A DNA stretch of 64,000 nt from Candidatus Latescibacterota bacterium (GTDB lineage: Bacteria > Latescibacterota > UBA2968 > UBA8231). Each line of letters opens with the position of its first letter. Within the stretch, counting starts at the first letter, position 1. Location of the stretch: assembly GCA_965217585.1 (NCBI GenBank), contig OZ244561.1, forward strand, positions 6,784,001 through 6,848,000. Direction: 5' to 3'. This document shows positions 28,130 to 39,231 of this stretch, one piece after another. The notes beneath the pieces were generated by a model. That model was not told where the DNA came from and did not search any database. It was given only the letters and a program-made list of their open reading frames with translations. Made by a program: the position numbers and the translations under genes.

Positions 28130-29778
28130 TCACGGCAGCTTCGTCGTCTTTTTCGCTTCCACCCGCCCGTCGATTTCGACCTTATAGATATACACCCCGG
28201 CGGCAACTCCCTTGCCCGCCTCGTCGCGCCCATCCCAAGTAAAGCGATGTGTACCCGCCCCCAGCGGTCCGTCCCACACCTGCCGCACCCGACGACCCAA
28301 CACATCGTACACCGTCAGCGACACCCCCGCCGCGTCCATCGCCAAATCGAGGGGAATCACCACTTGGGGATTGAATGGATTCGGATAGCTGTCGCCCAGC
28401 CGATACTGCGCTGGCCGCACGGCTGCGGTCGTCAGTACCGCGGTCGCCTGCTCGCCCAACGAACTCTTGAGCACATGCACCCCACCCAAGATCGGATCCA
28501 ACGCGACCAAATCCACATCGCCGTCCCCATCCATATCCCCCGACAGCACGGTGGTCGCCCGGCCCTCCAGCCGATGCCGCTCCCCGGCTTGAGTAGGACG
28601 GACACTGCCGCCCCATTCGACAAACACCCCAAAGCCCGAGGCGCGGTCTCCCCCGATAAACACCCAGTCTTCTACCCCATCGGCATTCAGGTCGCCCATC
28701 GCCACGGGCGAACCGCGAAACAGCCGCTCATCATACAGCACCGCCGCTTCTACCCGATCCCCGGTGCGCTTTTGCTGCAAGGCCAGCCCCTTGCTGCCTT
28801 CCATTCCATCAAAGATGAACTCCGTGAGCAAATCCACCTGACCATCGCCATCAAAATCGCCCACCCCCAAGAGCCGCTTCCACTCATCGAATTCAAATAT
28901 CTCGCCGCTTTGCAGATCCTCGCCCAAGGTAGCCAGAATCAACCTGTTCGCCTGACCAGCGATCGGCAACCACAACACGTCGAGTGCGCCATCGCCGGTA
29001 AAGTCGCCGATGGTGTCGGCCGAATGCGTTTCGGTCACCCCGACCTCTTCGGCGGTCCACACGCCCTGTGCTACATCCCAGACCTCTAAAAGGCTTCCCT
29101 CCAACGTCGTCTTCCCGACAAATAATTCGACCCGGCCATCCCCATCCCAATCCGCCACATCCCTAGGCGATCTATCTTTAATCTGTACAAGCACCTCGAC
29201 TTGGAGTTCTGGATCGATAGACCAAACCTCTGTTACATGACCATTATTGATTGTAAATAGCACGATTTCGTCTTGCCCATCGCCCGTCAAATCAGCACCC
29301 AGCACCGTTAAGGCCACCCATGAAGATGCCGCTACCTCCTCTATGTGCCTAAGTTCCAAGGCCCCTTGCCCGTCATTGAGCGCCATGAGCCAGCCCGTCG
29401 TAGGCAACCTCCCTTGATAGTACTGCCAGACAGCAAACAGGTCTAAGTCGCCATCGCCATCCAAGTCCGTCAACACGCCGACCTGCTCTGGGCTTAGACC
29501 TTCTCCTAGGCCCGACGCAAGCGGATAGAACACCGGCGGGGCAAAAACGCCCGTCTCATCCCAGCGAAAATAGTCCACGTGAGGAGGGGCTAATTCCCCC
29601 TGTAAGAGCTCTTCCACGCCGGTCAACTCGATCCAGTCGATCTCAAACCACTTGACTAGCTCGCCCAACAGCGGGGCTTCCGCTCTATCCACCCTTGCGT
29701 CGTCCCATCGTCGAAATCCCACTTGATCGCCTCGGCGGAACTGCCCAATAGCACGACGCCTGCAACAACGGCACACAT
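28130..29778 (-). pseudogene. FG-GAP/CTD (KTTKLP class) gene with deleted N-terminal domain and frameshift
   Basis: One frame reads MCAVVAGVVLLGSSAEAIKWDFDDGTTQGWIERK then stops; another frame resumes at ELVKWFEIDWIEL and runs through the propeller and CTD. Confidence 0.82.
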
Positions 29779-29782
29779 AGCC

Positions 29783-29857
29783 CTAATCATCTATCCAAGC
29801 CTCCAAACCCCAGCTTTCTAACAAGCTCTGTATGGAAGGAGCGAGTTGCTGGATCAT
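29783..29857 (-). pseudogene. STAS-like gene collapsed to 24 codons by in-frame deletion
   Basis: GGAGG RBS then MIQQLAPSIQSLLESWGLEAWIDD*: the first 2 and last 22 residues of the STAS-like protein. Confidence 0.75.
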
Positions 29858-29880
29858 ACTGATGCCCTCCAATGCAAATG

Positions 29881-31212
29881 TCAATCTGCGGCGATTAATT
29901 GCCGTGCCAAGGATCCCTCGCGCGTTAGGGCATACACCACTATATTCACCCCCAAATCATAGACCAACTCTTCTTCGGCACTGTCGCGAAACGGACTATT
30001 GATCACATTAAGCGCCATAGCCCAATCCCGCTCCTGCTTGGCGATTCCCGACCAAAAATCGGCGTAGCCCCGCATCGAGTACACCCCCACCAACTGCTCC
30101 CCTACCATTATGCCCTCCAAATAGTCAGGAGTTGGCGGCGGTTTATTTTCTGTTATAAAGTGCATATCGCGCATCCCGCGCGGGAGGCTGCCTACATCGT
30201 AGAAGCAATGATAGATCGGATGGGTTATCTCTAGGCGGGTAAACTGCCAGTCCTTCCCTTCTTGATAGCCTACCGACCGCAAGCTAGCCCGAATCAGGGA
30301 ACGCACCGCGGGGATGTCTAATTCGTCGTCGCTGTAATTGGGAATCAAAAAGCGCACAATATCCGCAAACAAGAAGCCGCCCGAAGTCAAATACGCCCCT
30401 AAATTGGCCGCCTCCGCCTCGGTAAACTCAAAGGGCGTATTCGCCGTCAGCAGTACAAAGGGGACCTGCAAAAGCTGCGGATCGTCGAGTGCCACCGCGT
30501 CGCGCACCTCGACATGGACCTGTGTACTGGCGACCATCTTATCGGCCAACCCATGCAGCATCCGCTTTTCCGCCACTTGGCGCGTCAGGTAAAACCGGCG
30601 CGCTTCAATGCCGATTTTTCCCTGTTCAGCTCGCTCGATGGAAGGGCTATGGACATTGGACAAATAGAGAAAGCCCTTGAGCTTGCGCCGATCCGCTGGA
30701 TCAACTATTACCACGGCCCGATGCCGACCCGTGTCCAACGCCTCCACATCCATTAGCTCCAAGCCCAAGTCGATCTCGTCCGCGCCCTGCCGCACCCCTT
30801 CTAGCGCCCCAACGCGCAGTTGCGGGCCGATGTGCCGAGCGGGAAAATCCGGGATGGGGAGTGCTTGCCGTTCCGGCAGCGATGCCGTAGGCAGCCGAGG
30901 GGCCGACGATTGCAATACTGGCAACGGGCGCACTGCCGAGGGAGCGGGTCGCACAGCAGCAGTCGGGACAGCCTGAAGGGCTGGACGACGCACCAAGGGG
31001 CGCTGGAGGGGGCGTTGGCGGCGGGCGAGGACGCGCGGCGGCGGCGGGCGTTTCATAAATTTTACCACGGACGGAGGTAAGACGGGAAATTGAGTAACCC
31101 GTTCGCGGGGCGTTATCCCGAAAATCACCAACAGATGTAAGGCTAGCGATAACGCCAAGCACCCTTGGAGTTTTCTATTTTTCCAGAGCGGTACTTTCCA
31201 CGGCCGTCTCAT
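29881..31212 (-). CDS. DUF4159 domain protein, more divergent paralog
   Basis: MRRPWK start, TM, Pro-rich stalk, NLGAYLTSGGFLFAD, HPIYHCFYD, LGVNIVVYALT. Confidence 0.87.
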   Translation of the reverse strand: MRRPWKVPLWKNRKLQGCLALSLALHLLVIFGITPRERVTQFPVLPPSVVKFMKRPPPPRVLARRQRPLQRPLVRRPALQAVPTAAVRPAPSAVRPLPVLQSSAPRLPTASLPERQALPIPDFPARHIGPQLRVGALEGVRQGADEIDLGLELMDVEALDTGRHRAVVIVDPADRRKLKGFLYLSNVHSPSIERAEQGKIGIEARRFYLTRQVAEKRMLHGLADKMVASTQVHVEVRDAVALDDPQLLQVPFVLLTANTPFEFTEAEAANLGAYLTSGGFLFADIVRFLIPNYSDDELDIPAVRSLIRASLRSVGYQEGKDWQFTRLEITHPIYHCFYDVGSLPRGMRDMHFITENKPPPTPDYLEGIMVGEQLVGVYSMRGYADFWSGIAKQERDWAMALNVINSPFRDSAEEELVYDLGVNIVVYALTREGSLARQLIAAD

Positions 31213-31229
31213 CTGCCCACGTCCCTTCC

Positions 31230-33332
31230 TCACGGCAGCTTGGTCGTCTTTTTCGCTTCCGCCCGTCCGTCCACCTCGACCTGATAGATATACACCCCAG
31301 CGGCCACCGCTTTGCCCACCTCGTCGCGGCCATCCCACACAAAACGATGCCTACCCGCCCCAAGTGGCCCCTGCCACACCTGCCGTACCCGACGACCCAA
31401 CACATCATATACCGTCAGCGACACCCCCGCCGCGTCCGTCGCCAAATCAAGGGGAAGCACGACAGCCGGATTGAACGGATTGGGATAGCTATCGCCTAGC
31501 CGATACTGTGCCGGCTGCGCTGCCGACGACGTCAGCACCGCCGTCATCTGCTCGCCCACCGAACTCTTCAACACTTGCACACCGCCCAAGATGGGATTTA
31601 ACACCACCAAGTCCACATCGCCGTCGCCATCGACATCCCCCGGCAACACCCGTACTCCCTCGCCGGCCAAACGATGTCGCTCCACCTCCTTAGCTGGATT
31701 CAAGCCCCCACCCCATTCGACAAACACCCCCAAACCCGAGGCGCGATCCCCGCCGACAAATACCCAATCATCCACCCCGTCCCCATTCAGGTCGCGCACC
31801 ACTACCGGCGAGCGTACAAACAGCCGATCATCATACAGCACCGTCTCCTCCACACCACCCGTTGGTTGGCCTCTCCATAGGAGCAGGCCCTTGTTCTGTT
31901 CGAAGAGGTTGTGTTCGACCGCCCTGAGCAGGTCCACCTGCCCATCGCCATCAAAATCGCCCACTTGGAAAAGACGAGAAAAAGGAATACTCCTCAGATC
32001 GGCTTCAAAGAGGGGGTCGCCCTCCCCAGGCGCGGCTTCTAAGTCCGTCACTATCCACGTGTTGTCCTCGCCGGATAACGGCTCCCACAGTACCTCCAAC
32101 CCCCCATCGCCGGTAAAGTCGCCTATCCGATAGGGCGCATGGTTTTCGGCCACCGCCAACCGGGTAGCCGTCCACTCCCCATGCTCGACCTCCCAGACCT
32201 CTAACGCTCTTCCTCCGACCACTATATGGTCTGAAAATAACTCGACATCGCCGTCCCCATCCCAATCCATCAAGCCTACGGGTCGGCGGTCAAGTAGCTG
32301 CGTGAGCACCTCAATCTGAAGATCCGGCTCGATGGACCAAACCGCTATGTCTGAGGTAGCGAACACGATCTCGTCGGTGCCATCGCCGGTCAGATCGCCA
32401 CTCCGCACACTCAAGTAAGTCCCCGATCCGAGCGCCTCAGTGCGCACCGTTTCAAAGGTCCCTCGGCCGTCATTGAGCGCCATGACCCAGCCGCTTATGA
32501 AAGGATTCGGGCCGGTTCCTATAACATCCCAAGTGGAGAACAGGTCGAGATCGCCGTCGCCATCCAAGTCCGTCAAGACACCAGAGCCCCCTAAACCCGG
32601 CGCAATCGGAGAGAAGACCGGCGGGGCGAAAAGCCCGACCCCCTCAAAACGAAAATACGCTACCAACGGCGGGGCTAATTCCCCCAATAACAGCTCTTCC
32701 ACGCCGGTCAACTCGATCCAGTCGATCTCCAACCAACCAACCACCTCCGCCGCTGACCGGGGCACATCTCGCTCACCCCAATCCAAGCTAAAACTCAGCC
32801 GAATATCCCGTAAAAGACCCTCCCACACCTCCCGGTCGTCCGGGGCGACCTCCCCGTCCGATTCGGGCAGTGTTACCTCTACTTCCTGCCACTCGGTGGT
32901 ATAGACAATGCCGGCTTGTCCGATCAGCGAAAACCGGTTGCTAAACAGACTAGCTGGATCTCGACCTGGAGCCGTGCGGTTGTGCTCATTGGTCCAAGAC
33001 AGCCGAAAGGCACCAACCGTAGGACGGTGATGGACCGTGCGAAGCCGAACCCGGACCCGGTCGAACAGACCCGAATCGTAGCCTATGGTCGAAGAAATCA
33101 CTTGGACAAGCGGATTGGGATACTTCTTGCCGGCCACTGACGGCGACACATCAATCGTCCACACGCCGTCTGTGACCTGCCCTGGAAACAGGTTAAACTC
33201 AGCCGGACCACCCGCTGCAGCACCTTGTTTGGCGGCCCATCCTTGGGTCGTCCCATCGTCGAAATCCCACGTGAGCGCCTCGGCGAGGCCGCTCCATGAC
33301 ACAACGAACACAACAACGGCGAGCTTCAACAT
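31230..33332 (-). CDS. Secreted FG-GAP/VCBS protein with CTD (KTTKLP class)
   Basis: GGAGG RBS, MLKLAVVV signal peptide, WDFDDGTTQGW...EIDWIEL, DxDGDG repeats, LGDSYPNPFNP CTD. Confidence 0.9.
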   Translation of the reverse strand: MLKLAVVVFVVSWSGLAEALTWDFDDGTTQGWAAKQGAAAGGPAEFNLFPGQVTDGVWTIDVSPSVAGKKYPNPLVQVISSTIGYDSGLFDRVRVRLRTVHHRPTVGAFRLSWTNEHNRTAPGRDPASLFSNRFSLIGQAGIVYTTEWQEVEVTLPESDGEVAPDDREVWEGLLRDIRLSFSLDWGERDVPRSAAEVVGWLEIDWIELTGVEELLLGELAPPLVAYFRFEGVGLFAPPVFSPIAPGLGGSGVLTDLDGDGDLDLFSTWDVIGTGPNPFISGWVMALNDGRGTFETVRTEALGSGTYLSVRSGDLTGDGTDEIVFATSDIAVWSIEPDLQIEVLTQLLDRRPVGLMDWDGDGDVELFSDHIVVGGRALEVWEVEHGEWTATRLAVAENHAPYRIGDFTGDGGLEVLWEPLSGEDNTWIVTDLEAAPGEGDPLFEADLRSIPFSRLFQVGDFDGDGQVDLLRAVEHNLFEQNKGLLLWRGQPTGGVEETVLYDDRLFVRSPVVVRDLNGDGVDDWVFVGGDRASGLGVFVEWGGGLNPAKEVERHRLAGEGVRVLPGDVDGDGDVDLVVLNPILGGVQVLKSSVGEQMTAVLTSSAAQPAQYRLGDSYPNPFNPAVVLPLDLATDAAGVSLTVYDVLGRRVRQVWQGPLGAGRHRFVWDGRDEVGKAVAAGVYIYQVEVDGRAEAKKTTKLP

Positions 33333-33387
33333 GATATCCCCTCCATAGAGAACGTCCCGGCAAGACCGCATACTTGGCTCCATCTCC

Positions 33388-35520
33388 TCACGGCAGCTTC
33401 GTCGTCTTCTTGGCCTCCGCCCGTCCGTCCACCTCGACTTGATAGATATACACCCCAGCGGCCACCGCTTTGCCCACCTCGTCGCGACCATCCCAAGTAA
33501 AACGATGCGTACCCGCTCCCAGCGGCCCTTGCCACACCTGCCGCACCCGACGACCCAACACATCGTACACCGTCAACGACACCCTCGCCGCGTCCGTCGC
33601 TAAATCAAGGGGAATCACTACAGCCGGATTGAACGGATTGGGATAACTGTCGCCCAGCCGATGCTGTGCCGGCCGCGCTACTGCTGGCGTCAGCACCGCC
33701 GTCATCTGCTCGCCCACCGAACTCTTCAACACCTGCACCCCGCCCAAGAGGTGATTTAACACCACCAAGTCCACATCGCCGTCGCCATCGACATCCCCCG
33801 GCAGCACCTGTACCCCATCGCCGGCCAAACGATGCCACTCCACCTCCTTGGCCGGATTCAAGCCCCCACCCCATTCGACAAACACCCCCAAACCCGAGGC
33901 GCGATCCCCGCCGAAAAACACCCAATCATCCACCCCGTCCCCGTTCAAATCGCGCATCACTACTGGCGAGCGCAGAAGCAGCCGATCATCATACAGCACC
34001 CTCTCCTCTACACCGCCCCCTAATCGGCTACTCCGGATGACAAGGCCCTTGCGAAGTTCCCACGTGTTGTGTTCGAGCGGCGTGAGCAAGTCCACCTGCC
34101 CATCGCCATCAAAATCACCCACTTGTAAGAGGTAAGAAAGAATACCCGCCGTATCGGCTGCGGCTTCAAAGACGGCTTCGCCCGCCTCCGGCGCGTCGCC
34201 CAAGCGCGAGACCATCCACCTGCCCACCCAGCTTCTCGGTGACCACAGCACATCCAACTGCCCATCGCCGGTAAAGTCGCCCAGCCGCAAGGGAAAATAG
34301 GTTTCGGCCACCGCCAACTGGGTAGTCGTCCACCCCCCCTGCTCAACCTCCCAGACCTCTAACGCTCTTGCTTCCTTCACCCTCAGGTCGGCTGTAAACA
34401 GTTCGACCCGACCGTCGCCATCCCCATCCACCAGATCTACCAGCCCGCGATCCTGGATCTGCGTGAGCACCTCCATTTGCAGATCCGGCTCAATAGACCA
34501 GACCGTTATTTCCCAATCTTCTCCTGTCACGATCTCGTCTTGGCCATCGCCGGTCAAATCGCCGACGTGCAGATAATCGAACCCCTCTCCGATTTCCTTT
34601 TCGGAGCGCGCCGTTTCAAAGGCCCCGCTCCCATCATTGAGGGCCATGACCCAGCCGTTTACGAAAGGATTCGGGCCGGTTCCTCTATCACGCCACGTGG
34701 AAAACAGGTCGAGATCGCCGTCTGCATCCAAGTCCGTCAAGACGCCAACCTTCCTTCCTCTAAAGACGAGGGAGCGCCCTAACCTCGGCCTAATGGGCGA
34801 GAAGACCGGCGGGGCGAAGAGCTTGGCCCCCTCAAAGCGGAAATACTCTACCGACGGCGGGGCTAATTCCCCCCCTAACAGCTCTTCCACGCCAGTCAAC
34901 TCGATCCAGTCAATCTCAAACCACCCGACTAGCCCGTCCGCCGACCGAGACACCCCTATCTCGCCCCAATCCAAGTGAAAACTCAGCCGAATATCCCGTA
35001 AAAGACCCTCCCACACCTTCGCGTCGTTCGGGGCGACCTCCCCGTCCGATTCGGGCAGGGCGAACGCCACTTCCTGCCATTCGGTGGTATAGGCGAAGCT
35101 GCCTTGTCCAAAAAGGAAAAACCGGCTGCTACTCCGCTTCTCTGGATCTCGACCTGGAGCCGTGCGGTTATGCTCATTGGTCCAAGTCAGCGAAAAGGAA
35201 CCGACCGTAGGACTATGATGGACAGTGCGGACCCGGGCCCGAACCCGGTCGAACAGGCCCGAATCATAGTCTATGGTCGGCGAAATCACTTGGACACTCG
35301 GACTAGGAGACTCATCTCTGGCCATCGAGGGCGACACATCTATCGTCCACACGCCGTCTGTGACGTGCCCTGGAAACAGGTTAACTTCAAACGTGCCGCC
35401 CCATCCATTGCCTGTTTTGGCGGCCCATCCTTGGGTCGTCCCATCGTCGAAATCCCACGTCATCGCCTCGGCGAAACTGCTCCATAGCACAACGCATACA
35501 ACAACGGCGAACTTCAACAT
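33388..35520 (-). CDS. Secreted FG-GAP/VCBS protein with CTD (KTTKLP class)
   Basis: Same architecture; start MLKFAVVV after GGAGG. Confidence 0.9.
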   Translation of the reverse strand: MLKFAVVVCVVLWSSFAEAMTWDFDDGTTQGWAAKTGNGWGGTFEVNLFPGHVTDGVWTIDVSPSMARDESPSPSVQVISPTIDYDSGLFDRVRARVRTVHHSPTVGSFSLTWTNEHNRTAPGRDPEKRSSSRFFLFGQGSFAYTTEWQEVAFALPESDGEVAPNDAKVWEGLLRDIRLSFHLDWGEIGVSRSADGLVGWFEIDWIELTGVEELLGGELAPPSVEYFRFEGAKLFAPPVFSPIRPRLGRSLVFRGRKVGVLTDLDADGDLDLFSTWRDRGTGPNPFVNGWVMALNDGSGAFETARSEKEIGEGFDYLHVGDLTGDGQDEIVTGEDWEITVWSIEPDLQMEVLTQIQDRGLVDLVDGDGDGRVELFTADLRVKEARALEVWEVEQGGWTTTQLAVAETYFPLRLGDFTGDGQLDVLWSPRSWVGRWMVSRLGDAPEAGEAVFEAAADTAGILSYLLQVGDFDGDGQVDLLTPLEHNTWELRKGLVIRSSRLGGGVEERVLYDDRLLLRSPVVMRDLNGDGVDDWVFFGGDRASGLGVFVEWGGGLNPAKEVEWHRLAGDGVQVLPGDVDGDGDVDLVVLNHLLGGVQVLKSSVGEQMTAVLTPAVARPAQHRLGDSYPNPFNPAVVIPLDLATDAARVSLTVYDVLGRRVRQVWQGPLGAGTHRFTWDGRDEVGKAVAAGVYIYQVEVDGRAEAKKTTKLP

Positions 35521-35558
35521 GACAGCACCTCCATACCGAACTCCGCAGGACGGCTTCC

Positions 35559-36535
35559 TCACAGATTTTCCTCGATTTTCGCCACAACCTCATCAACGTT
35601 CCATACCCCCAAACGATCCTCCACAATCAGCCCTTGTGGATCCACCAGATAATACCGAGGAATGTCGAACACATTATAGGCTTGCGTTACCGCGCCGTCC
35701 GAGCGCACGTGGACGCCTTTGATTTGGTGTTTGGCAATGGCTTGCTTCCAAGCTCCTTCATTCGCGTCCAACGAGACGTTGAGGAAGACGACCGGCTGAG
35801 TGGCCTGCTATTGAAGGGTGTTTTTCTATTAAAGGGTTTGATGCTTAATATGCGCCCCAAGACGCCGTTTATAGACGAAAACCGCGTATAGGAAATCTTC
35901 TGATTGGCCCACTTGTAGTTGAAGAAGGCCGTCATATAGTCGATGAATCCCGGAGAAAGCGCGTATTGCTCGCGTCCATCGGCTAGCAGCGCAAATTCAT
36001 CCCGACGCCGCTGTTCTGCTTGGCGTGCAAACTCTTCGGACTCCAGCGCATAGTCGGGTTCGAAGGCACTATGTTGAGGCCAGAACTCCGCTAAGAAGCG
36101 ATTGTTGTCCGCACCCCGGCCGTTAAAAGTCAGGGAGTAGGAGGGAGGCGCTTCATCGGCGGCACTGTGCAAACTGTCGGGTTCCACCGCCGCGGAAGAG
36201 TCGGTCTCCGTCACCTCGGCGAAGGTTACGACCGCGTACAGGCTGTCACCGGGTTCGACAAAGAAAGGGAAGTGGATGTGTTGCTCGCCTTTGTAAGACC
36301 CAGTGACGAAAATTCCTCTGGGAATGTTCAAGAGCAGGGCAAAGCGGTTTTGCTCGTCCAAGACGATGGGGTGTTGGGACGGCCCGGGAGCGAGTAGCGG
36401 TTCGTGGCCGAACTCGACTTCCCGCGACGGAGCGTTGTGTACCTCACCGGTGACAATCGCGGCGTGGGGGGCTTGGGCTAGCCCCACACTCGCTGTACTG
36501 AACAGGGCGACGAGGATGTAAAGGCATAGATGCAT
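35559..36535 (-). pseudogene. TlpA-family paralog with large internal deletion and frameshift (CXXC lost)
   Basis: N-terminus matches 44501-46567; junction near 35808; C-terminal IPRYYLVDPQG..KIEENL in another frame. Confidence 0.85.
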
Positions 36536-36572
36536 GGTCTTTCCCTTCTTAATGGTCTGTAAAAGCTCCCCC

Positions 36573-36644
36573 TTATGGGAGCTTAGTCGTCTTCTTGGCT
36601 TCTATCTGTCCATCGCTGCCAAGCCGAGCAAATGACACATCGCA
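36573..36644 (-). pseudogene. Remnant: discoidin gene start fused to the last codons of a CTD (DGQIEAKKTTKLP*)
   Basis: Direct match to 46609-46650 and to 16955-16980. Confidence 0.72.
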
Positions 36645-36938
36645 CTAATCATCTACCCACGCCTCCAAGCCCCAACACTCCAGCGACCTCTGGATGGAGG
36701 GAGGGAGTTGCTGAAAACGCAACGTCAGACCCAATTGCCCCAAACGGATCGCGTCTCGCTCAAGCAATGGACTAATGCTCCGCACTTCGTTAGCCACGAT
36801 GCAGACCTCCCTTACCCCCTCCTCGACATGCGATTTTAGGCAATCATACAGGATGTCGAACTCCGTCTTATTGATATACCCCATGAGTTCGATGGTTAAG
36901 GTCCGGCCGCAGCGATTTAATGTGTTAATGCGCACCAT
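36645..36938 (-). CDS. Small STAS-like domain protein, paralog of 3103-3399
   Basis: 97 aa, GGAGG RBS, highly similar to 3103-3399. Confidence 0.7.
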   Translation of the reverse strand: MVRINTLNRCGRTLTIELMGYINKTEFDILYDCLKSHVEEGVREVCIVANEVRSISPLLERDAIRLGQLGLTLRFQQLPPSIQRSLECWGLEAWVDD

Positions 36939-36981
36939 GCTGATGTCCTCCGTGACCGTCTCATCTGCCCATGTCCCTCCC

Positions 36982-39102
36982 TCAAGGTAGCTTGGTCATC
37001 TTCTTAGCTTCTACCTGTCCATCCACCTCGACCCGATAGAGATACACCCCAGCGGCCACCCCCTTCCCCGCCTCGTCGCGGCCATCCCAAGAAAAACGAT
37101 GGCTGCCCGCCCCCAGCGGCCCTTGCCACACCCGCTGCACCCGCCGCCCCAACACGTCGTACACCGTCAGCGACATCTGCGCCGCGTCTGTCGCCAAATC
37201 AAGGGGGATCACTACAGCCGGATTGAACGGATTGGGATAGCTGTCGCCCAGCCGATACTGCGCCGGCCGCGCTACTGCTGGCGTCATCACCGCGGTCGCT
37301 GACGCTCCCACCGAACTCTTCAACACTTGCACGCCACCCAAGACGCTATTTAACACCACCAAATCCACATCGCCGTCCCCATCCACATCCCCCGGCAGCA
37401 CCTGTACCCCTTCGCCGACCAAACGATGCCGCTCCACCTCCTTAGTCGGATTCGCGCCCCCACCCCATTCGATGAACACGCCAAAGCCCGATCCGCGGTC
37501 CCCGCCGACAAATGCCCAATCCTCTACGCCGTCGGCGTTCAGGTCGCGCGCTACCACCGGTGAGCGCATAAACAGCCCATCATACAGCACCCTCTCCTCT
37601 ACACCGCCCCCTAATCGGCTGCTCCGCACGACAAGGCCCTTGGGCCCTTCCCACCTGTTGCGTTCGAGCGGCGTGAGCAGGTCCACCTGCCCATCGCCAT
37701 CAAAATCACCCACTTGTAGAAGGGAAGAAAGAATACCCGCCATATCGGCTGCGGCTTCAAAGACGACCTCGCCCGCCTCCGGCGCGTCGCCCAAGCCCGC
37801 TACTACCCACCTGCCCACCCGGCCTCTCGGCGACCACAGCATGTCCACCTGCCCATCGCCGGTAAAGTCGCCCATCCGCGAGGGAAAATAGTTTTCGGTG
37901 ACCGCCAACTGGGCGGTCGTCCACACCCCCTGCTCGACCTCCCAGACCTCTAACGCTCTTGTTTCCTCCACCGTAAAGTCGGTTGTAAATAGTTCGACCC
38001 GGCCGTCGCCATCCCAATCCACCATATCCACCAGCCCACGACCCTCGATCTGCGTGAGCACCTCCATTTGCAGATCTGGCCCAATAGACCAGACCGTTAT
38101 TTCCCAATCTTTTCTCGTCGCGATCTCGTCTTGGCCATCGCCGGTCAAATCGCCGACGTGCAGATAATCGATCCCTTCTCCGATCCTCTTTTCAATGTGC
38201 ACCGTTTCAAAGGTCCCCCTCCCATCATTGAGGGCCATGATCCAGACGTTTACGAAAGGAGGCGAGTGGAAATTCTCCCAAGTAGAGAACAAGTCGAGAT
38301 CGCCGTCCCCATCTAAGTCCGTCAAGGCGGCAGCGCTCCATCCTTTTAAGAAGGAGCGCTCTGACTCCGATATAATGGGAGAGAAGACCGGCGGGGCAAA
38401 AAGTCCGGCCTCCTCAAAGCGGAAATACTCTACCGACGGCGGGGCTAATTCCCCTGCTAACAGCTCTTCCTCGCCGGTCAACTCGATCCAGTCGATCTCC
38501 AACCACCCGACTAGCTCGTCCACCGGCCGGGACACCCCCATCTCGCCCCAATCCAAGTGAAAACTCAGCCGAATATCTTGTAAAAGCCCCTCCCAGACCT
38601 CCCGGTCGTCCGGTGCGATCTCCCCGTCCGCTTCGGGCAATGTGAACTCCACTTCCTGCCATTCGGTCGTATAGGCGAAGCCGCTTTGTCCAATAAGAAA
38701 AAACCGGCTTCTACCTCGTCTATCTGGATCGAGACCTGGATCTGTGCGATTGTGCTCATTGGTCCAAGTCAGCGAAAAAGAACCGACCGTAGGACCGTGA
38801 TGGATAGTGCGGACCCGAGCCCGGACCCGGTCGAACAGGCCCGAATCATGTCCTATGATAGGCGAAATTACTTGGACACTCGGGCTAGGAAGCGGATCTC
38901 CGGCCATCGAGGGCGACACATCAATCGTCCACACGCCGTCTTCTACTACCCCCGGAAACAGGTTAAATTCAAACGTGCCACCCCATCCATTGCCTGTTTT
39001 GGCAGCCCATCCTTGGGTCGTCCCATCGTCGAAATCCCACGTCATCGCCTCGGCGAAACTGCTCCACAGCACAGCGCATGCAATGATAGCGAACCTCAAC
39101 AT
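36982..39102 (-). CDS. Secreted FG-GAP/VCBS protein with CTD, close paralog of 33388-35520
   Basis: Start MLRFAIIA after GGAGG; same domain order; ends KMTKLP. Confidence 0.9.
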   Translation of the reverse strand: MLRFAIIACAVLWSSFAEAMTWDFDDGTTQGWAAKTGNGWGGTFEFNLFPGVVEDGVWTIDVSPSMAGDPLPSPSVQVISPIIGHDSGLFDRVRARVRTIHHGPTVGSFSLTWTNEHNRTDPGLDPDRRGRSRFFLIGQSGFAYTTEWQEVEFTLPEADGEIAPDDREVWEGLLQDIRLSFHLDWGEMGVSRPVDELVGWLEIDWIELTGEEELLAGELAPPSVEYFRFEEAGLFAPPVFSPIISESERSFLKGWSAAALTDLDGDGDLDLFSTWENFHSPPFVNVWIMALNDGRGTFETVHIEKRIGEGIDYLHVGDLTGDGQDEIATRKDWEITVWSIGPDLQMEVLTQIEGRGLVDMVDWDGDGRVELFTTDFTVEETRALEVWEVEQGVWTTAQLAVTENYFPSRMGDFTGDGQVDMLWSPRGRVGRWVVAGLGDAPEAGEVVFEAAADMAGILSSLLQVGDFDGDGQVDLLTPLERNRWEGPKGLVVRSSRLGGGVEERVLYDGLFMRSPVVARDLNADGVEDWAFVGGDRGSGFGVFIEWGGGANPTKEVERHRLVGEGVQVLPGDVDGDGDVDLVVLNSVLGGVQVLKSSVGASATAVMTPAVARPAQYRLGDSYPNPFNPAVVIPLDLATDAAQMSLTVYDVLGRRVQRVWQGPLGAGSHRFSWDGRDEAGKGVAAGVYLYRVEVDGQVEAKKMTKLP

Positions 39103-39124
39103 GATATTACCTCCATATTCTCCG

Positions 39125-39209
39125 CGATGGTCGCGGCGTGTGGTGATTGGGTCAGCCCTATACTCGCGGTACTGAGCAGGGCGACGAGGATGCAAAGGTA
39201 TGAATTCAT
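39125..39209 (-). pseudogene. Remnant of a TlpA gene signal-peptide region
   Basis: MNSYLCILVALLSTASIGLTQSPHAA matches the TlpA N-termini, then joins the FG-GAP leader. Confidence 0.78.
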
Positions 39210-39231
39210 CGTCTTTTCCTTTCTAATTGCG

